Source: Candidatus Latescibacterota bacterium
Lineage (GTDB): Bacteria; Latescibacterota; UBA2968; GCA-2709665
Assembly: GCA_965226795.1 (NCBI GenBank)
Contig: CBDDDZ010000003.1
Span: forward strand, 160,001 to 224,000
Direction: 5' to 3'
DNA length: 64,000 bases
The position numbers were made by a program, and so were the translations under genes. Under the pieces are notes generated by a model, which was not told the origin of the DNA, did no database searches, and saw only the letters and a list, made by a program, of their open reading frames with translations. Below are positions 19,996-29,972 of the stretch, one piece after another; the stretch's first letter is position 1, and each line of letters starts with the position of its first letter.

Positions 19996-20561
19996 TCGAA
20001 CTGATAGACGTTGTTCTGCTGGCTTTCATGGCGGCCACCGCCGTCGCCGTCGTCCTGATCCGAAATCTGCTCGCCTCCGTGATCCTGGCCGGGATTTTCA
20101 GCTTGCTTTCCGCCGGGATGTTTACCGTGATGGACGCCGTCGACGTGGCCTTTACCGAGGCCGCCGTGGGCGCGGGCATCTCGACCGTGCTGCTGATCGG
20201 GACCCTGATGCTGACCACCACGGAGGAAAGGAAGCCGTCCCGTCCGTCTCCGCTGCCCCTTCTGGTGGTCCTGGCGACCGGGGCGGTCCTGATCTACGGC
20301 ACGTTGGACATGCCGCTTTTCGGCGACGCCGGGGCGCCGGTTCATACCCATATCGCCCCGGAATATCTCAAAGATACCGTGCCGCACGTCAGCGGTTCCA
20401 CAAAAAGAGTCGACGTTGAAAATATCGTGACTTCGGTGCTTGCCAGCTACAGAGGATACGATACGCTTGGCGAAACCACGGTGATCCTTTGCGCGGGCAT
20501 CGGGGTGTTGCTGTTGCTGAAGGGATCCAGGCCGGGCCGCGACCGGGAGGACAGGCGGTGA
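19992..20561 (+). CDS. DUF4040/MbhD-MbhE-like subunit (equivalent to the MrpA C-terminal part)
   Basis: DVAFTEAAVGAG and NIVTSVLASYRGYDTLGE motifs. Confidence 0.88.
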   Translation: MIELIDVVLLAFMAATAVAVVLIRNLLASVILAGIFSLLSAGMFTVMDAVDVAFTEAAVGAGISTVLLIGTLMLTTTEERKPSRPSPLPLLVVLATGAVLIYGTLDMPLFGDAGAPVHTHIAPEYLKDTVPHVSGSTKRVDVENIVTSVLASYRGYDTLGETTVILCAGIGVLLLLKGSRPGRDREDRR

Positions 20562-20977
20562 AGGATCAGATCATTCCGCGTGTAATTGCCAAGCTATTCA
20601 TCCCGCTTATCCTTCTGTTTGCGCTCTACGTCCAGTTTCACGGCGATTTCGGGCCGGGGGGCGGGTTCCAGGCCGGTGTGATTTTTGCCGCGGGATTTGT
20701 GCTATACACGCTGATATACGGCCTGGACGAGGCGAAGCGGGTGGCCAGACCCGCCGTCGTGGAAATTGTCATTGCCTTCGGTCTGCTCCTGTATGCCGGC
20801 ACCGGGGTCGTGGGGATGATAAAGGGTGGCCGCTATCTGGACTACGGCGTGCTGGGAGCCGATCCGGTGCACGGTCAGCATCTCGGTATTCATTTAATCG
20901 AACTCGGAGTGGGGATCACCGTGGCTTCGGTGATTATCGGGGTCTTCTTCGCCTTTGTCGGCAGGAAACGACCATGA
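20558..20977 (+). CDS. mrpB: Mrp/Mnh antiporter subunit B
   Basis: HGDFGPGGGFQAG motif; GTG start overlaps the upstream stop. Confidence 0.92.
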   Translation: MKDQIIPRVIAKLFIPLILLFALYVQFHGDFGPGGGFQAGVIFAAGFVLYTLIYGLDEAKRVARPAVVEIVIAFGLLLYAGTGVVGMIKGGRYLDYGVLGADPVHGQHLGIHLIELGVGITVASVIIGVFFAFVGRKRP

Positions 20978-21333
20978 CGGCATTCCCGGGTTTATACAAC
21001 TATTGGATCGCAATTGTCCTGATGATGATCGGATTCTATGCGGTGATCACCAGCGGCAACCTGGTAAAGAAGCTAATCGGCCTGAATATCTTTCAGACGT
21101 CGGTCTTCCTGTTCTACATCAGCATGGGCAGAGTCTCCGGCGGGAGCGCGCCGATTGTCGCAGAGGGGGTGCAGCGCTATTCGAACCCGCTGCCGCATGT
21201 GCTCATTCTCACGGCAATCGTCGTCGGTATCGCTACGACGTCGCTCGGGTTGGCGCTGGTGGTGCGAATTCAGGAAGCCTACGGCACCATAGAAGAAGAG
21301 GAAATCTACGGTCTGGGCGAGAAGGTGCCCTGA
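20974..21333 (+). CDS. mrpC: Mrp/Mnh antiporter subunit C
   Basis: NLVKKLIGL, NPLPHVLILTAIVVG. Confidence 0.93.
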   Translation: MTAFPGLYNYWIAIVLMMIGFYAVITSGNLVKKLIGLNIFQTSVFLFYISMGRVSGGSAPIVAEGVQRYSNPLPHVLILTAIVVGIATTSLGLALVVRIQEAYGTIEEEEIYGLGEKVP

Positions 21334-22850
21334 TGGCCGACCATTTGCCCATTCTGCAAATCGTGGTACCCCTCATATCCGCGCCGATCTGCCTGCTGCT
21401 TCGACGAAGGATGCTGGCCTGGGCCTTCGCCACGGCTGTCGGGTGGACCGTGCTGGGGATCGCCGTACTGCTGCTGATAAGGGTCCTGGATGCCGGTACA
21501 ATCTCCTACGCGCTCGGGAGCTGGAGCGCCCCGTGGGGGATCGAGTATCGGATCGATACGGTCAACGCATACATATTGGTCCTGGTGGCCTTCGTCGGCG
21601 CCGTCGTGCTTTTGTACGCGCCTCCCAGCGCGGCCCATGAGATCTCCCTCGACCGTCACTATCTGTTTTACGCGGCATATCTCCTGTGCCTGACGGGCCT
21701 CCTCGGCATCGCCATCACCGGAGACGCGTTCAACCTGTTTGTCTTTCTCGAGATTTCCTCCCTGTCTACGTATGCGCTGATCAGCCTTGGAAGAGACCGC
21801 CGCGCCCTGACGGCCTCTTACCAGTACCTGGTAATGGGTACCATCGGGGCGACGTTTATTCTGATCGGCGTCGGGCTCCTTTATATGGCAACGGGGACCC
21901 TGAACATGGCGGACCTCGCAGTTCGTCTGGGTCCGGTTCTGGATACCAGGACAGTGCTGGCGGCATTCGCATTCCTCGGTGTCGGCCTGTGCTTGAAACT
22001 GGCTCTCTTTCCGCTGCACATGTGGCTGCCAAACGCGTATTGTTATGCGCCATCGATGGTGACGGCCTTTCTTGCTGCAACCGCGACCAAGGTCTCCATC
22101 TATGTCCTCCTGCGGTTCATTTTCTCCATTTTCGGACCCCGATTCGCGTTCGAGACGGTTGGTATACACGTCGTGTTGCTGCCACTTTCGCTCCTCGGTA
22201 TTTTCGCGGCTTCAACGGTCGCCATATTCCAGAGGAACATCAAACGCATGTTCGCCTATTCCAGTGTTGCCCAGGTCGGTTACATCATGCTGGGAATCTG
22301 CCTCGTGTCGGTGAGCGGCGCCGGGCCGGACGTCCGGTACGGGCCGGGGTCGTTGAATGGTCTCACCGCCGGAATCGTTCACCTTTTCAATCACGCCGTT
22401 ACGAAATGCGCGCTGTTCCTGGGTATGGGTTGTATCGCCCTCCGCGTGGGCTCGGTGCAACTTGACGATATGCAAGGTCTCGGACGCCGCATGCCGGTGA
22501 CGATGGCCGCCGTTGTGCTTGGTGGACTCAGCCTGATCGGCGTCCCTCTCACGGTGGGCTTCATCAGCAAGTGGCACCTGGTTCTGGCGGCCCTGGAAAA
22601 GGGCTGGTGGCCGATCGCGGTTCTTGTTCTGCTGGGTTCCCTGCTTGCGGTGATCTATATATGGCGGGTGGTCGAGGTCGCCTATTTCCGTGAGCCTGCC
22701 GAGCCTGCCGGGGTGAACGAGGCACCGCTGCTGATGCACATCCCCATGTGGATTATGATTGCAGCCACCCTCTACTTCGGAGTTTCGACGTCCCTCACCC
22801 TGGGCGTTGCCCGGCAGGCCGCCGGATGGCTTTTGGGAATTACGCCATGA
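21333..22850 (+). CDS. mrpD: Mrp antiporter subunit D, copy 1
   Basis: GSWSAPWGIEY, TGDAFNLFVFLEI, LKLALFPLHMWLP, GFISKW. Confidence 0.9.
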   Translation: MADHLPILQIVVPLISAPICLLLRRRMLAWAFATAVGWTVLGIAVLLLIRVLDAGTISYALGSWSAPWGIEYRIDTVNAYILVLVAFVGAVVLLYAPPSAAHEISLDRHYLFYAAYLLCLTGLLGIAITGDAFNLFVFLEISSLSTYALISLGRDRRALTASYQYLVMGTIGATFILIGVGLLYMATGTLNMADLAVRLGPVLDTRTVLAAFAFLGVGLCLKLALFPLHMWLPNAYCYAPSMVTAFLAATATKVSIYVLLRFIFSIFGPRFAFETVGIHVVLLPLSLLGIFAASTVAIFQRNIKRMFAYSSVAQVGYIMLGICLVSVSGAGPDVRYGPGSLNGLTAGIVHLFNHAVTKCALFLGMGCIALRVGSVQLDDMQGLGRRMPVTMAAVVLGGLSLIGVPLTVGFISKWHLVLAALEKGWWPIAVLVLLGSLLAVIYIWRVVEVAYFREPAEPAGVNEAPLLMHIPMWIMIAATLYFGVSTSLTLGVARQAAGWLLGITP

Positions 22851-24313
22851 CCGCTTCGGATGCCACGCTGCTCGCCGTTCTGCTGCCCCTGCTGGGCGCC
22901 CCGCTGATAGGTCTTCTTGGGCAAAGGCCCAATCTGCGCGAGGCGGCCACACTGGCCACAGGTGGCGTGCTGTTTTTTGTGGTGCTTTCCCTGGTTCCGG
23001 ACGTCCTTTCAGGGGCGAGGCCGGGTATAGAAATTCTCGAGGTGATGCCAGGCCTGGCGCTGGCGTTTGAAGTTGAACCCCTGGGCATGCTCTTCGGGTT
23101 GATTGCCTCGGGACTCTGGATCCTGACGTCTGTGTATTCCATCGGCTACATGCGCGGTCATCACGAAACGAACCAGACCAGGTTTTACGTTTTCTTTGCC
23201 GTGGCCATTACGGGTGCAGTAGGCGTTGCGTTCGCCCGCAATATGTTCACGCTGTTCATCTTCTACGAGATTCTGACCCTTTCGACCTATCCGCTGGTCA
23301 CCCACCATCGGACGAAAGAGGCGCTCCGGTCCGGCAGGATCTACATGGGCATACTGCTCGGCACGTCGGTCGGTTTGATGCTGCTGGCAGTGGTGTGGAC
23401 CTGGAATCTGACGGGCACACTGGAATTCGTACCCGGCGGAATCCTCAAGGGCAAGGCGAGTCCGACCGTGGTGGGCATACTGCTGGCACTCTATGCGTTT
23501 GGAACCGGCAAGGCCGCGCTGATGCCGTTCCACCGCTGGCTGCCGGCGGCGATGGTGGCGCCCACGCCTGTCAGCGCCCTGCTGCACGCGGTGGCCGTAG
23601 TTAAAGCAGGCGTGTTTACAGTGATGAAGATTGTGGTCTACATCTTTGGCATCGATCTGCTCAGCAGCAACGGAATGAGCGTGTGGCTGGCATACGTTGC
23701 CGCCGCAACCCTGCTGATTGCATCGCTGGTGGCATTAACCAAAGACAATCTCAAAGCGCGTCTCGCCTATTCCACAGTCAGCCAGTTGTCCTACGTTGTA
23801 CTCGGCGCGGCCCTCGCCAACACCTGGGGGATCATTGGCGGCTCTATGCATATTGCGATGCACGCCTTTGGCAAGATTACGTTGTTTTTCTGTGCCGGCG
23901 CCATCATGGTGGCCGCGCACAAGACCGAAATCAGCGACATGGCCGGGATCGGCAAGACAATGCCAATTACCATGTTCGCCTTTTTTATCGGGTCGCTGAG
24001 TGTGATCGGCCTGCCCCCGCTTGGCGGTTCGTGGAGCAAGTGGTACCTGGCGCTCGGCGCGGCGGAGTCGGATCAGATCGTTCTTGTGGCCGTGTTGATA
24101 ATCAGTTCGCTGTTGAACGTCTCGTACCTGATGCCGATCGTCGCCCGCGCGTTTTTCGTGACGCCCGCCTCGGCGCCCTCCGGTCCGTCTCCCATCAGGG
24201 AGGCCCCGGCGTTCTGCGTCGTTCCACTGTGTCTGACGGCGCTGGGATGCCTGGTGCTCTTCTTCTGCGCCGAAGAGATCTACCGGTTGCTGGCGCCGAT
24301 AGCCCAACCCTGA
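22847..24313 (+). CDS. MrpD/MrpA-like antiporter subunit, copy 2
   Basis: FYEILT, GKAALMPFHRWLPAAMVAPTPVSALLHAVAVVKAG, WSKW. Confidence 0.88.
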   Translation: MTASDATLLAVLLPLLGAPLIGLLGQRPNLREAATLATGGVLFFVVLSLVPDVLSGARPGIEILEVMPGLALAFEVEPLGMLFGLIASGLWILTSVYSIGYMRGHHETNQTRFYVFFAVAITGAVGVAFARNMFTLFIFYEILTLSTYPLVTHHRTKEALRSGRIYMGILLGTSVGLMLLAVVWTWNLTGTLEFVPGGILKGKASPTVVGILLALYAFGTGKAALMPFHRWLPAAMVAPTPVSALLHAVAVVKAGVFTVMKIVVYIFGIDLLSSNGMSVWLAYVAAATLLIASLVALTKDNLKARLAYSTVSQLSYVVLGAALANTWGIIGGSMHIAMHAFGKITLFFCAGAIMVAAHKTEISDMAGIGKTMPITMFAFFIGSLSVIGLPPLGGSWSKWYLALGAAESDQIVLVAVLIISSLLNVSYLMPIVARAFFVTPASAPSGPSPIREAPAFCVVPLCLTALGCLVLFFCAEEIYRLLAPIAQP

Positions 24314-24324
24314 CGGACGAGGCC

Positions 24325-24570
24325 ATGGAAGATAAAAAGAAAAACTGGCTTGAGGAGGCCGGGAACGTAAAGATGATCCGCCGGGCGCTCTATGCGATCT
24401 GCGCCCTGCTGTTGGTGGTAGATCTGTTCGTGCATAAACATCCCCATATTGTAGCGGAGGAGTGGTTCGGCTTCTATGGGTTGTACGGGTTTGTCGCCTG
24501 TGTCGTGTTGGTCCTGGCAGCCAGGGGACTGCGCGTTATTCTGGGACGCAAGGACGACTATTATGATTGA
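24325..24570 (+). CDS. Small two-TM membrane protein of the Mrp cassette
   Basis: 81 aa, two hydrophobic segments, GFYGLYGF and C-terminal RKDDYYD; its stop overlaps the next start. Confidence 0.75.
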   Translation: MEDKKKNWLEEAGNVKMIRRALYAICALLLVVDLFVHKHPHIVAEEWFGFYGLYGFVACVVLVLAARGLRVILGRKDDYYD

Positions 24571-26251
24571 TCAGTTGCCGCCGGCCCTGATCCTGGTTAT
24601 CGGGTCGCTTCTGATACCGTTTCTTAAGGGACGCTTCCGGTCTATCTATATGCTGTTGCTTCCGGTTGCCGGGTTCGCCCATCTGCTCGGACTCTCCCCG
24701 GGCGAATACTGGCGGATCGGGGTCTTTGACTATTCCCTTACGTTGGTTCGAATCGACAGGCTCAGCCTGGTCTTTGGCTACATCTTCCATATCGCCGCCT
24801 TTCTGAGCGTCATCTATGCTCTCCATGTGAAGGACAACACGCAGCATGTCGCCGGCTTGTTCTATGCGGGCAGCGCCGTAGGCGCCCTCTTTGCCGGCGA
24901 TCTGATTACCCTTTTCGTCTACTGGGAACTCACGGCGATATCTTCCGTGTTTCTGATCTGGAGCCGCCGGACCGACCGCGCCTATGCCGCCGGAATGCGC
25001 TACCTGATCGTTCAGGTCTGCTCCGGCATGCTTCTGTTTGCCGGCATTCTGATCCACCTGCGGGAGACGGGGTCGATCGCCTTTACCGAGTTGGGGCTGA
25101 ATGGTCTGGGCACGATCCTGATCTTTATCGCTTTTGGAATCAAGTGCGCCTTTCCCCTGCTCCACAGTTGGCTGCAGGACGCCTATCCGGAGGCAACGGT
25201 GACCGGAACCGTGTTCCTGAGCGCGTTCACGACAAAGCTGGCGGTATATGCGCTTGCACGTGGCTTTCCCGGGACAGAGATCCTGATCCCGATTGGAGCC
25301 GCAATGACCGTGTTTCCCATCTTCTACGCGGTCATTGAAAACGACCTCAGGCGGGTGCTCGCCTACAGCCTGAACATCCAGCTGGGATACATGGTGGTTG
25401 GCATAGGGATTGGAACGGAGATGTCCCTGAACGGTACGGCGGGCCACGCTTTCAACCATGTCCTGTACAAGGCCCTGTTGTTTATGTCGATGGGCGCGGT
25501 GCTGTATCGAACGGGCACGGCCAAAGCAACGGAACTGGGCGGATTGTACAAATCCATGCCTCTGACAACACTGTTTTGCATCATTGGCGCGGCGTCTATT
25601 TCGGCGTTTCCATTTTTTAACGGTTTTGTAAGTAAGTCGTTAATTCTCCGGGAGGTGGCCGATGGACACTACATCCTGACGTGGATGGTGTTGTTATTCG
25701 CTTCGGCCGCTGTGTTGATGTATACAGGCATCAGGATTCCCTACCTTGCTTTCTTTGGAGGCGATTCGGGGGTCCGCTGCAAGGAGGCGCCGCTGAATAT
25801 GCTCGTTGCCATGGGTGCAACGGCTGTCCTGTGCGTCCTGATTGGTATCATTCCGGAACCATTTTACAATATTCTGCCCTATGCCGTGAATTACGAACCC
25901 TATTCGATGGGCCACGTGGTTACCCAGTACCAGATGTTGTTTTTCTCCGCTCTGGCATTCGTTGTATTGAAGCGGACCGGGATTTATCCGCCCGTACTCA
26001 GGTCCGTAAACCTGGACACCGACTGGGTGTATCGGCGGCTGCTGCCGGGTATCGTCCGGGTTGTCGCGCGAGCGGGCGGTAGCGCGGAAAGTTCGATCCT
26101 GAAAGGCGGCAGCGCGCTGGTCGCGGCAACGGTTTCCGGCTGCCGGCAATACCACGGCCCCCAGGGCATTCTGGGCCGAACCTGGCCCACCGGTAGTGCC
26201 GTGTTGGTCGTGACGATCTTCCTGGCCGTCTTTTTGATCTATTGCTTCTGA
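24563..26251 (+). CDS. MrpD/MrpA-like antiporter subunit, copy 3, with C-terminal extension
   Basis: YWELTA, IKCAFPLLHSWLQDAYP, TTKL, FVSKS; tail DTDWVYRR plus a terminal TM. Confidence 0.88.
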   Translation: MIDQLPPALILVIGSLLIPFLKGRFRSIYMLLLPVAGFAHLLGLSPGEYWRIGVFDYSLTLVRIDRLSLVFGYIFHIAAFLSVIYALHVKDNTQHVAGLFYAGSAVGALFAGDLITLFVYWELTAISSVFLIWSRRTDRAYAAGMRYLIVQVCSGMLLFAGILIHLRETGSIAFTELGLNGLGTILIFIAFGIKCAFPLLHSWLQDAYPEATVTGTVFLSAFTTKLAVYALARGFPGTEILIPIGAAMTVFPIFYAVIENDLRRVLAYSLNIQLGYMVVGIGIGTEMSLNGTAGHAFNHVLYKALLFMSMGAVLYRTGTAKATELGGLYKSMPLTTLFCIIGAASISAFPFFNGFVSKSLILREVADGHYILTWMVLLFASAAVLMYTGIRIPYLAFFGGDSGVRCKEAPLNMLVAMGATAVLCVLIGIIPEPFYNILPYAVNYEPYSMGHVVTQYQMLFFSALAFVVLKRTGIYPPVLRSVNLDTDWVYRRLLPGIVRVVARAGGSAESSILKGGSALVAATVSGCRQYHGPQGILGRTWPTGSAVLVVTIFLAVFLIYCF

Positions 26252-26440
26252 TACACGGGAACACGTAGACTCGCATAAATAACATAAAAACAATTAGATG
26301 AGTATATTTTCCATGACAGTAACCGATTGCGTATTCTCGCAATTACGCGCCTGCGCGCCAATATCGAACTTTAGGCTTGACTTTTTTATCGCATCCCCGT
26401 TAATTAATGCTGCTAATAAATTTCACCGGGGACTTCTGCG

Positions 26441-27889
26441 TTGCCTGACCTGAATTGGATTGTTCTCGTTCCCTCCCTGATTATCACGGCGAGTGCGTTG
26501 TTGATCCTGTGCATCGACATCGTCAGGCCCGGAAATCGGGGTGTCGGAGCGGCATACGCGGCCATTATCGGAACGGGCCTTGCGGCGGTCGCCTGTGCCG
26601 GTCTTTGGGGACGATCCGAGCAGGCCTTTGGCGGAATGCTCGCGCTTGACAATTTCGCGCTCTTTTCCAACATCATATTTGCGGTTGGCACGGGGCTGAC
26701 CATATTGGTTTCCATCGGTTATCTGAGGCAGGAACACAGCAGCCGCAGCGAGTACTATCTGCTGCTGCTGACGGCCACGCTGGGCATGATGCTCATGGCC
26801 GCCGGGACGGACCTGATAGTGATATTCCTGGGTCTGGAACTGATGTCTCTGTCGCTCTATATCCTGGTTGGATTCCTCACGTCGCGCTCCGCCTCCAACG
26901 AGGCCTCGCTGAAATATCTGTTGCTGGGGGCTTTTTCAACCGGGTTTCTACTCTACGGGATTGCCCTGATCTACGGGTCGACCGGTTCCACAAACCTGCA
27001 ACAGGTCGGCGCGATGCTCTCCCGACGGGTGGATAGCGGCAGCCTGATGTTATACGCCGGAATGGCATTGCTGGTTGTGGGCTTTGCATTCAAGGTGGCG
27101 GCGGTTCCCTTTCACATGTGGGCGCCCGATGTCTACGAAGGTGCGCCCGCTGCGGTGACCGCGTTTCTCTCGGCGGGCCCCAAGGCGGCCGCCTTTGTGG
27201 CATTTTTGCGTGTACTGATGGTATCTCTGGAATCGTTGACGGCGGAGTGGACAGCGGTGCTCTGGATTCTGGCCGTGTTAACAATGACCGTAGGCAACCT
27301 GAGCGCCCTGGGGCAGCAGAGCCTTAAACGGATGCTGGCCTATTCCAGCGTTGCGCATGCCGGTTACGTATTGGTTGCACTCACCGCTGCCAGCGGGAAG
27401 GGCATTTCCGCGGCGTTGTTTTATCTTTTTGCTTATACGTTTATGAATATCGGCGCCTTTGCGGTCCTGATTCTGGTTGCGCGGAAAGGCGAAGAGAACC
27501 TGGATATATCGGATTACGCGGGGCTGGGTTTCAAACATCCGGTTCTCGGGCTGACCATGACGCTGTTTATGCTCTCGCTGGCGGGGCTGCCGCCGACTGC
27601 CGGATTCTTCGGAAAGTTCTACATTTTCCGGGCGGCCATAGACGCGGGTCTGTTCTCTCTCACCATTATCGGCGTGCTCAACAGCCTTGTCTCGGTCTAT
27701 TTCTATCTCGGGGTCGTCGTAAGTATGTATATGAGACAACCAGCCGATAAAGCGCCCGTGGAATCTTTTCCCCCGCTTACACGAACCGCGCTGTTGGTGA
27801 CGTCCCTGGCAACCCTCTATATAGGTCTCGCTCCCTCTCGGCTTCTGGAGTTGGTCAGGCAGACGGTGGACAACCTGATAGGAATTTAA
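26441..27889 (+). CDS. nuoN: NADH:quinone oxidoreductase subunit N
   Basis: GLELMSLS, EASLKYLLLGA, FKVAAVPFHMWAPDVYEGAP, KRMLAYSS, FFGKF. Confidence 0.95.
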   Translation: MPDLNWIVLVPSLIITASALLILCIDIVRPGNRGVGAAYAAIIGTGLAAVACAGLWGRSEQAFGGMLALDNFALFSNIIFAVGTGLTILVSIGYLRQEHSSRSEYYLLLLTATLGMMLMAAGTDLIVIFLGLELMSLSLYILVGFLTSRSASNEASLKYLLLGAFSTGFLLYGIALIYGSTGSTNLQQVGAMLSRRVDSGSLMLYAGMALLVVGFAFKVAAVPFHMWAPDVYEGAPAAVTAFLSAGPKAAAFVAFLRVLMVSLESLTAEWTAVLWILAVLTMTVGNLSALGQQSLKRMLAYSSVAHAGYVLVALTAASGKGISAALFYLFAYTFMNIGAFAVLILVARKGEENLDISDYAGLGFKHPVLGLTMTLFMLSLAGLPPTAGFFGKFYIFRAAIDAGLFSLTIIGVLNSLVSVYFYLGVVVSMYMRQPADKAPVESFPPLTRTALLVTSLATLYIGLAPSRLLELVRQTVDNLIGI

Positions 27890-27965
27890 GCATCCCCGCG
27901 GCTTGCGGCGTACGGGGATATTCCGGAACCGACGCCCTTCCGTCCTTAACCCATCACGTGGATCA

Positions 27966-28217
27966 ATGGCGGACGAGGAAAAACAAGCGGGTCTGGCCGC
28001 ATCCTATCGGAAAGCGGGCCCTTATCTGAACCTGGGAATTGAGTTTGCGGCGTCCATCATCCTCTGTCTATTTGCCGGACAATGGCTGGATGGCAAACTT
28101 GGAACGGCCCCTTATCTGATGTTGGCGGGAATGTCTCTGGGCATCACCGTCGGATTTCTGAACCTGTACAGAACGGCGATTCGACTCCAGGAACGCGAAA
28201 AGCAGAACAACCATTAG
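27966..28217 (+). CDS. AtpZ/AtpI family ATP synthase accessory protein
   Basis: GQWLDGKLGTAP motif, two TM, first gene of the atp operon. Confidence 0.85.
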   Translation: MADEEKQAGLAASYRKAGPYLNLGIEFAASIILCLFAGQWLDGKLGTAPYLMLAGMSLGITVGFLNLYRTAIRLQEREKQNNH

Positions 28218-28399
28218 CAGTCCGTTGTAAAGTTGCTCTGCAGGCGAGGCCGATCCATTGCGACCGAAAACAAGGCGCGCGATCGAGTCGAATCGGGGGA
28301 TTCGGAGAGGGAGCGCAACGCAGTAATTCGGCCACAAGAGCCGGCCGCAGTCCGGATGGACTTTTTCAACGGGCTGTTTGGGCCGTCCGGAGGTGAAAC

Positions 28400-28804
28400 A
28401 TGGGAACGGAGTTCCTCCGATTTGGCAAGCAGGTCGGCGCTGTCCTGATCCTGGCGGCAATTCTGGGCGGGTTCCCGCTATACGTCTATTGGGGCGATGA
28501 AATGGTCCTGGCGGCAGCCGTCGGGTGTGGAATTGGCGCGCTGAACGCACTGGCCGGGGGACTCTCGGCCATCTGGTCGCTCGACCGGCCACAGTCGGTT
28601 TTTCTGAAGACGTTGCTGGGTGGAATGGGCATTCGGATGCTGGTCATCTGCGTCGCACTGGTCCTGTTGGTCAAATATACAGCGCTCTCGGTTTACGGTC
28701 TGGTTTTCTCTCTCTTTATATCGTACCTGCTCTTTCAGATTCTGGAAATTAGATTCTTTGTGAGGCGCGCCGGTGTTAGGCAGGCCTCAAAAGAAGGAGT
28801 TTGA
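28400..28804 (+). CDS. atpI: ATP synthase protein I-like membrane protein
   Basis: Four hydrophobic segments, GMGIRM; lies directly before atpB, after GGAGG. Confidence 0.7.
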   Translation: MGTEFLRFGKQVGAVLILAAILGGFPLYVYWGDEMVLAAAVGCGIGALNALAGGLSAIWSLDRPQSVFLKTLLGGMGIRMLVICVALVLLVKYTALSVYGLVFSLFISYLLFQILEIRFFVRRAGVRQASKEGV

Positions 28805-28808
28805 TTCA

Positions 28809-29615
28809 ATGGCCTCAGAAGGCGCAGCGGAAGGCAAAAAAGACTACATCATGGAGCATTTGCTCGATTCATCGGAGCTCCATTTGCCGTGGGTACATGA
28901 ATATGTCGAACTGCCTCGTTTTGAGCTGTTCGGGATCGACCTTTCCATCACCCGGCACGTGGTCATGATGTGGATTGCGGCGGCGTTTCTCCTGTGTGCC
29001 TTCGTATCGACAACCCGTCGTCGCGGACTGGTACCCTCCGGGCTCGCAAATCTGCTGGAGTCGATTGTCGTATTCATTCGGGATGAAATCGCCGTTCCCA
29101 ACATCGGCTCAAGAGAAGCCGGACGGTTTTTGCCCTTTTTGTTTACCGTTTTTTTCTTCATCCTGACCTGCAATCTGCTTGGCCTGGTACCCTATGGCGC
29201 TACCGCCACCGGCAATGTGAGCGTAACCGCCGGGTTGGCGATCTGCGCCTTTCTGGTTATACAGATGGGTGGTATTCTTCACAACGGCTTGCTGGGTTAC
29301 TTCAAGGGACTGGTGCCGCACGGACTGCCACTGCCAATCACGATCCTGATGATCCCTATCGAGCTCATCGGCATGGTTGCCAAACCGTTTGCGCTCTGTA
29401 TTCGTCTCTTTGCCAATATGACCGCCGGACACGTGATCATCCTGGCGTTGCTGGGACTGATTTCCATGTTCCAGTCGTACGCCGTCGCACCCGTATCCGT
29501 GCTATTCGCCCTGGCGATCTATCTGCTCGAAATCTTCGTGGCATTGGTGCAGGCGTATATCTTTACCATGCTATCCTCCGTTTTTATCGGGATGGCGGTG
29601 CATCAGGATCACTGA
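28809..29615 (+). CDS. atpB: F0 subunit a
   Basis: NLLGLVP, KPFALCIRLFANMTAGH, VQAYIFTML. Confidence 0.96.
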   Translation: MASEGAAEGKKDYIMEHLLDSSELHLPWVHEYVELPRFELFGIDLSITRHVVMMWIAAAFLLCAFVSTTRRRGLVPSGLANLLESIVVFIRDEIAVPNIGSREAGRFLPFLFTVFFFILTCNLLGLVPYGATATGNVSVTAGLAICAFLVIQMGGILHNGLLGYFKGLVPHGLPLPITILMIPIELIGMVAKPFALCIRLFANMTAGHVIILALLGLISMFQSYAVAPVSVLFALAIYLLEIFVALVQAYIFTMLSSVFIGMAVHQDH

Positions 29616-29679
29616 ACGCGGAATTTCGTTGTCAACGCTTCATAATCAACCCTTAACTTCCTAGCGGAGGAGGTGTGTT

Positions 29680-29931
29680 GTGGCAGACGTGGCATCCGTG
29701 GCGGCTGAAGCATACGGTTATCTGTCCGCCGGCATTGGCGCGGGGCTGGTAACGATTGGCGCCGGAATTGGAATCGGGCGTTTGGCCAGTATGGCCGTAG
29801 AGGGCACCGCGCGGCAGCCCGAAGCGGCCGGCGATATCCGAACCTCTATGATCATTACCGCGGCCTTCATAGAGGGCGTGGCCCTTTTCGGGCAGGTGGT
29901 CTGCTTTCTTCTGGCAACAAAAGGTGGCTGA
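29680..29931 (+). CDS. atpE: F0 subunit c
   Basis: GAGIGIG, ARQPEA loop, carboxylate in FIEGVAL. Confidence 0.96.
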   Translation: MADVASVAAEAYGYLSAGIGAGLVTIGAGIGIGRLASMAVEGTARQPEAAGDIRTSMIITAAFIEGVALFGQVVCFLLATKGG

Positions 29932-29972
29932 GGAAGCATACCGTTGAAGACGTCTAAACCAGAGGGACGGGT

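Noticed and set aside
29680..29931. Na+-translocating or N-type ATPase
   Set aside because: The c subunit lacks the Na+ signature, and the operon has standard order with a separate delta subunit
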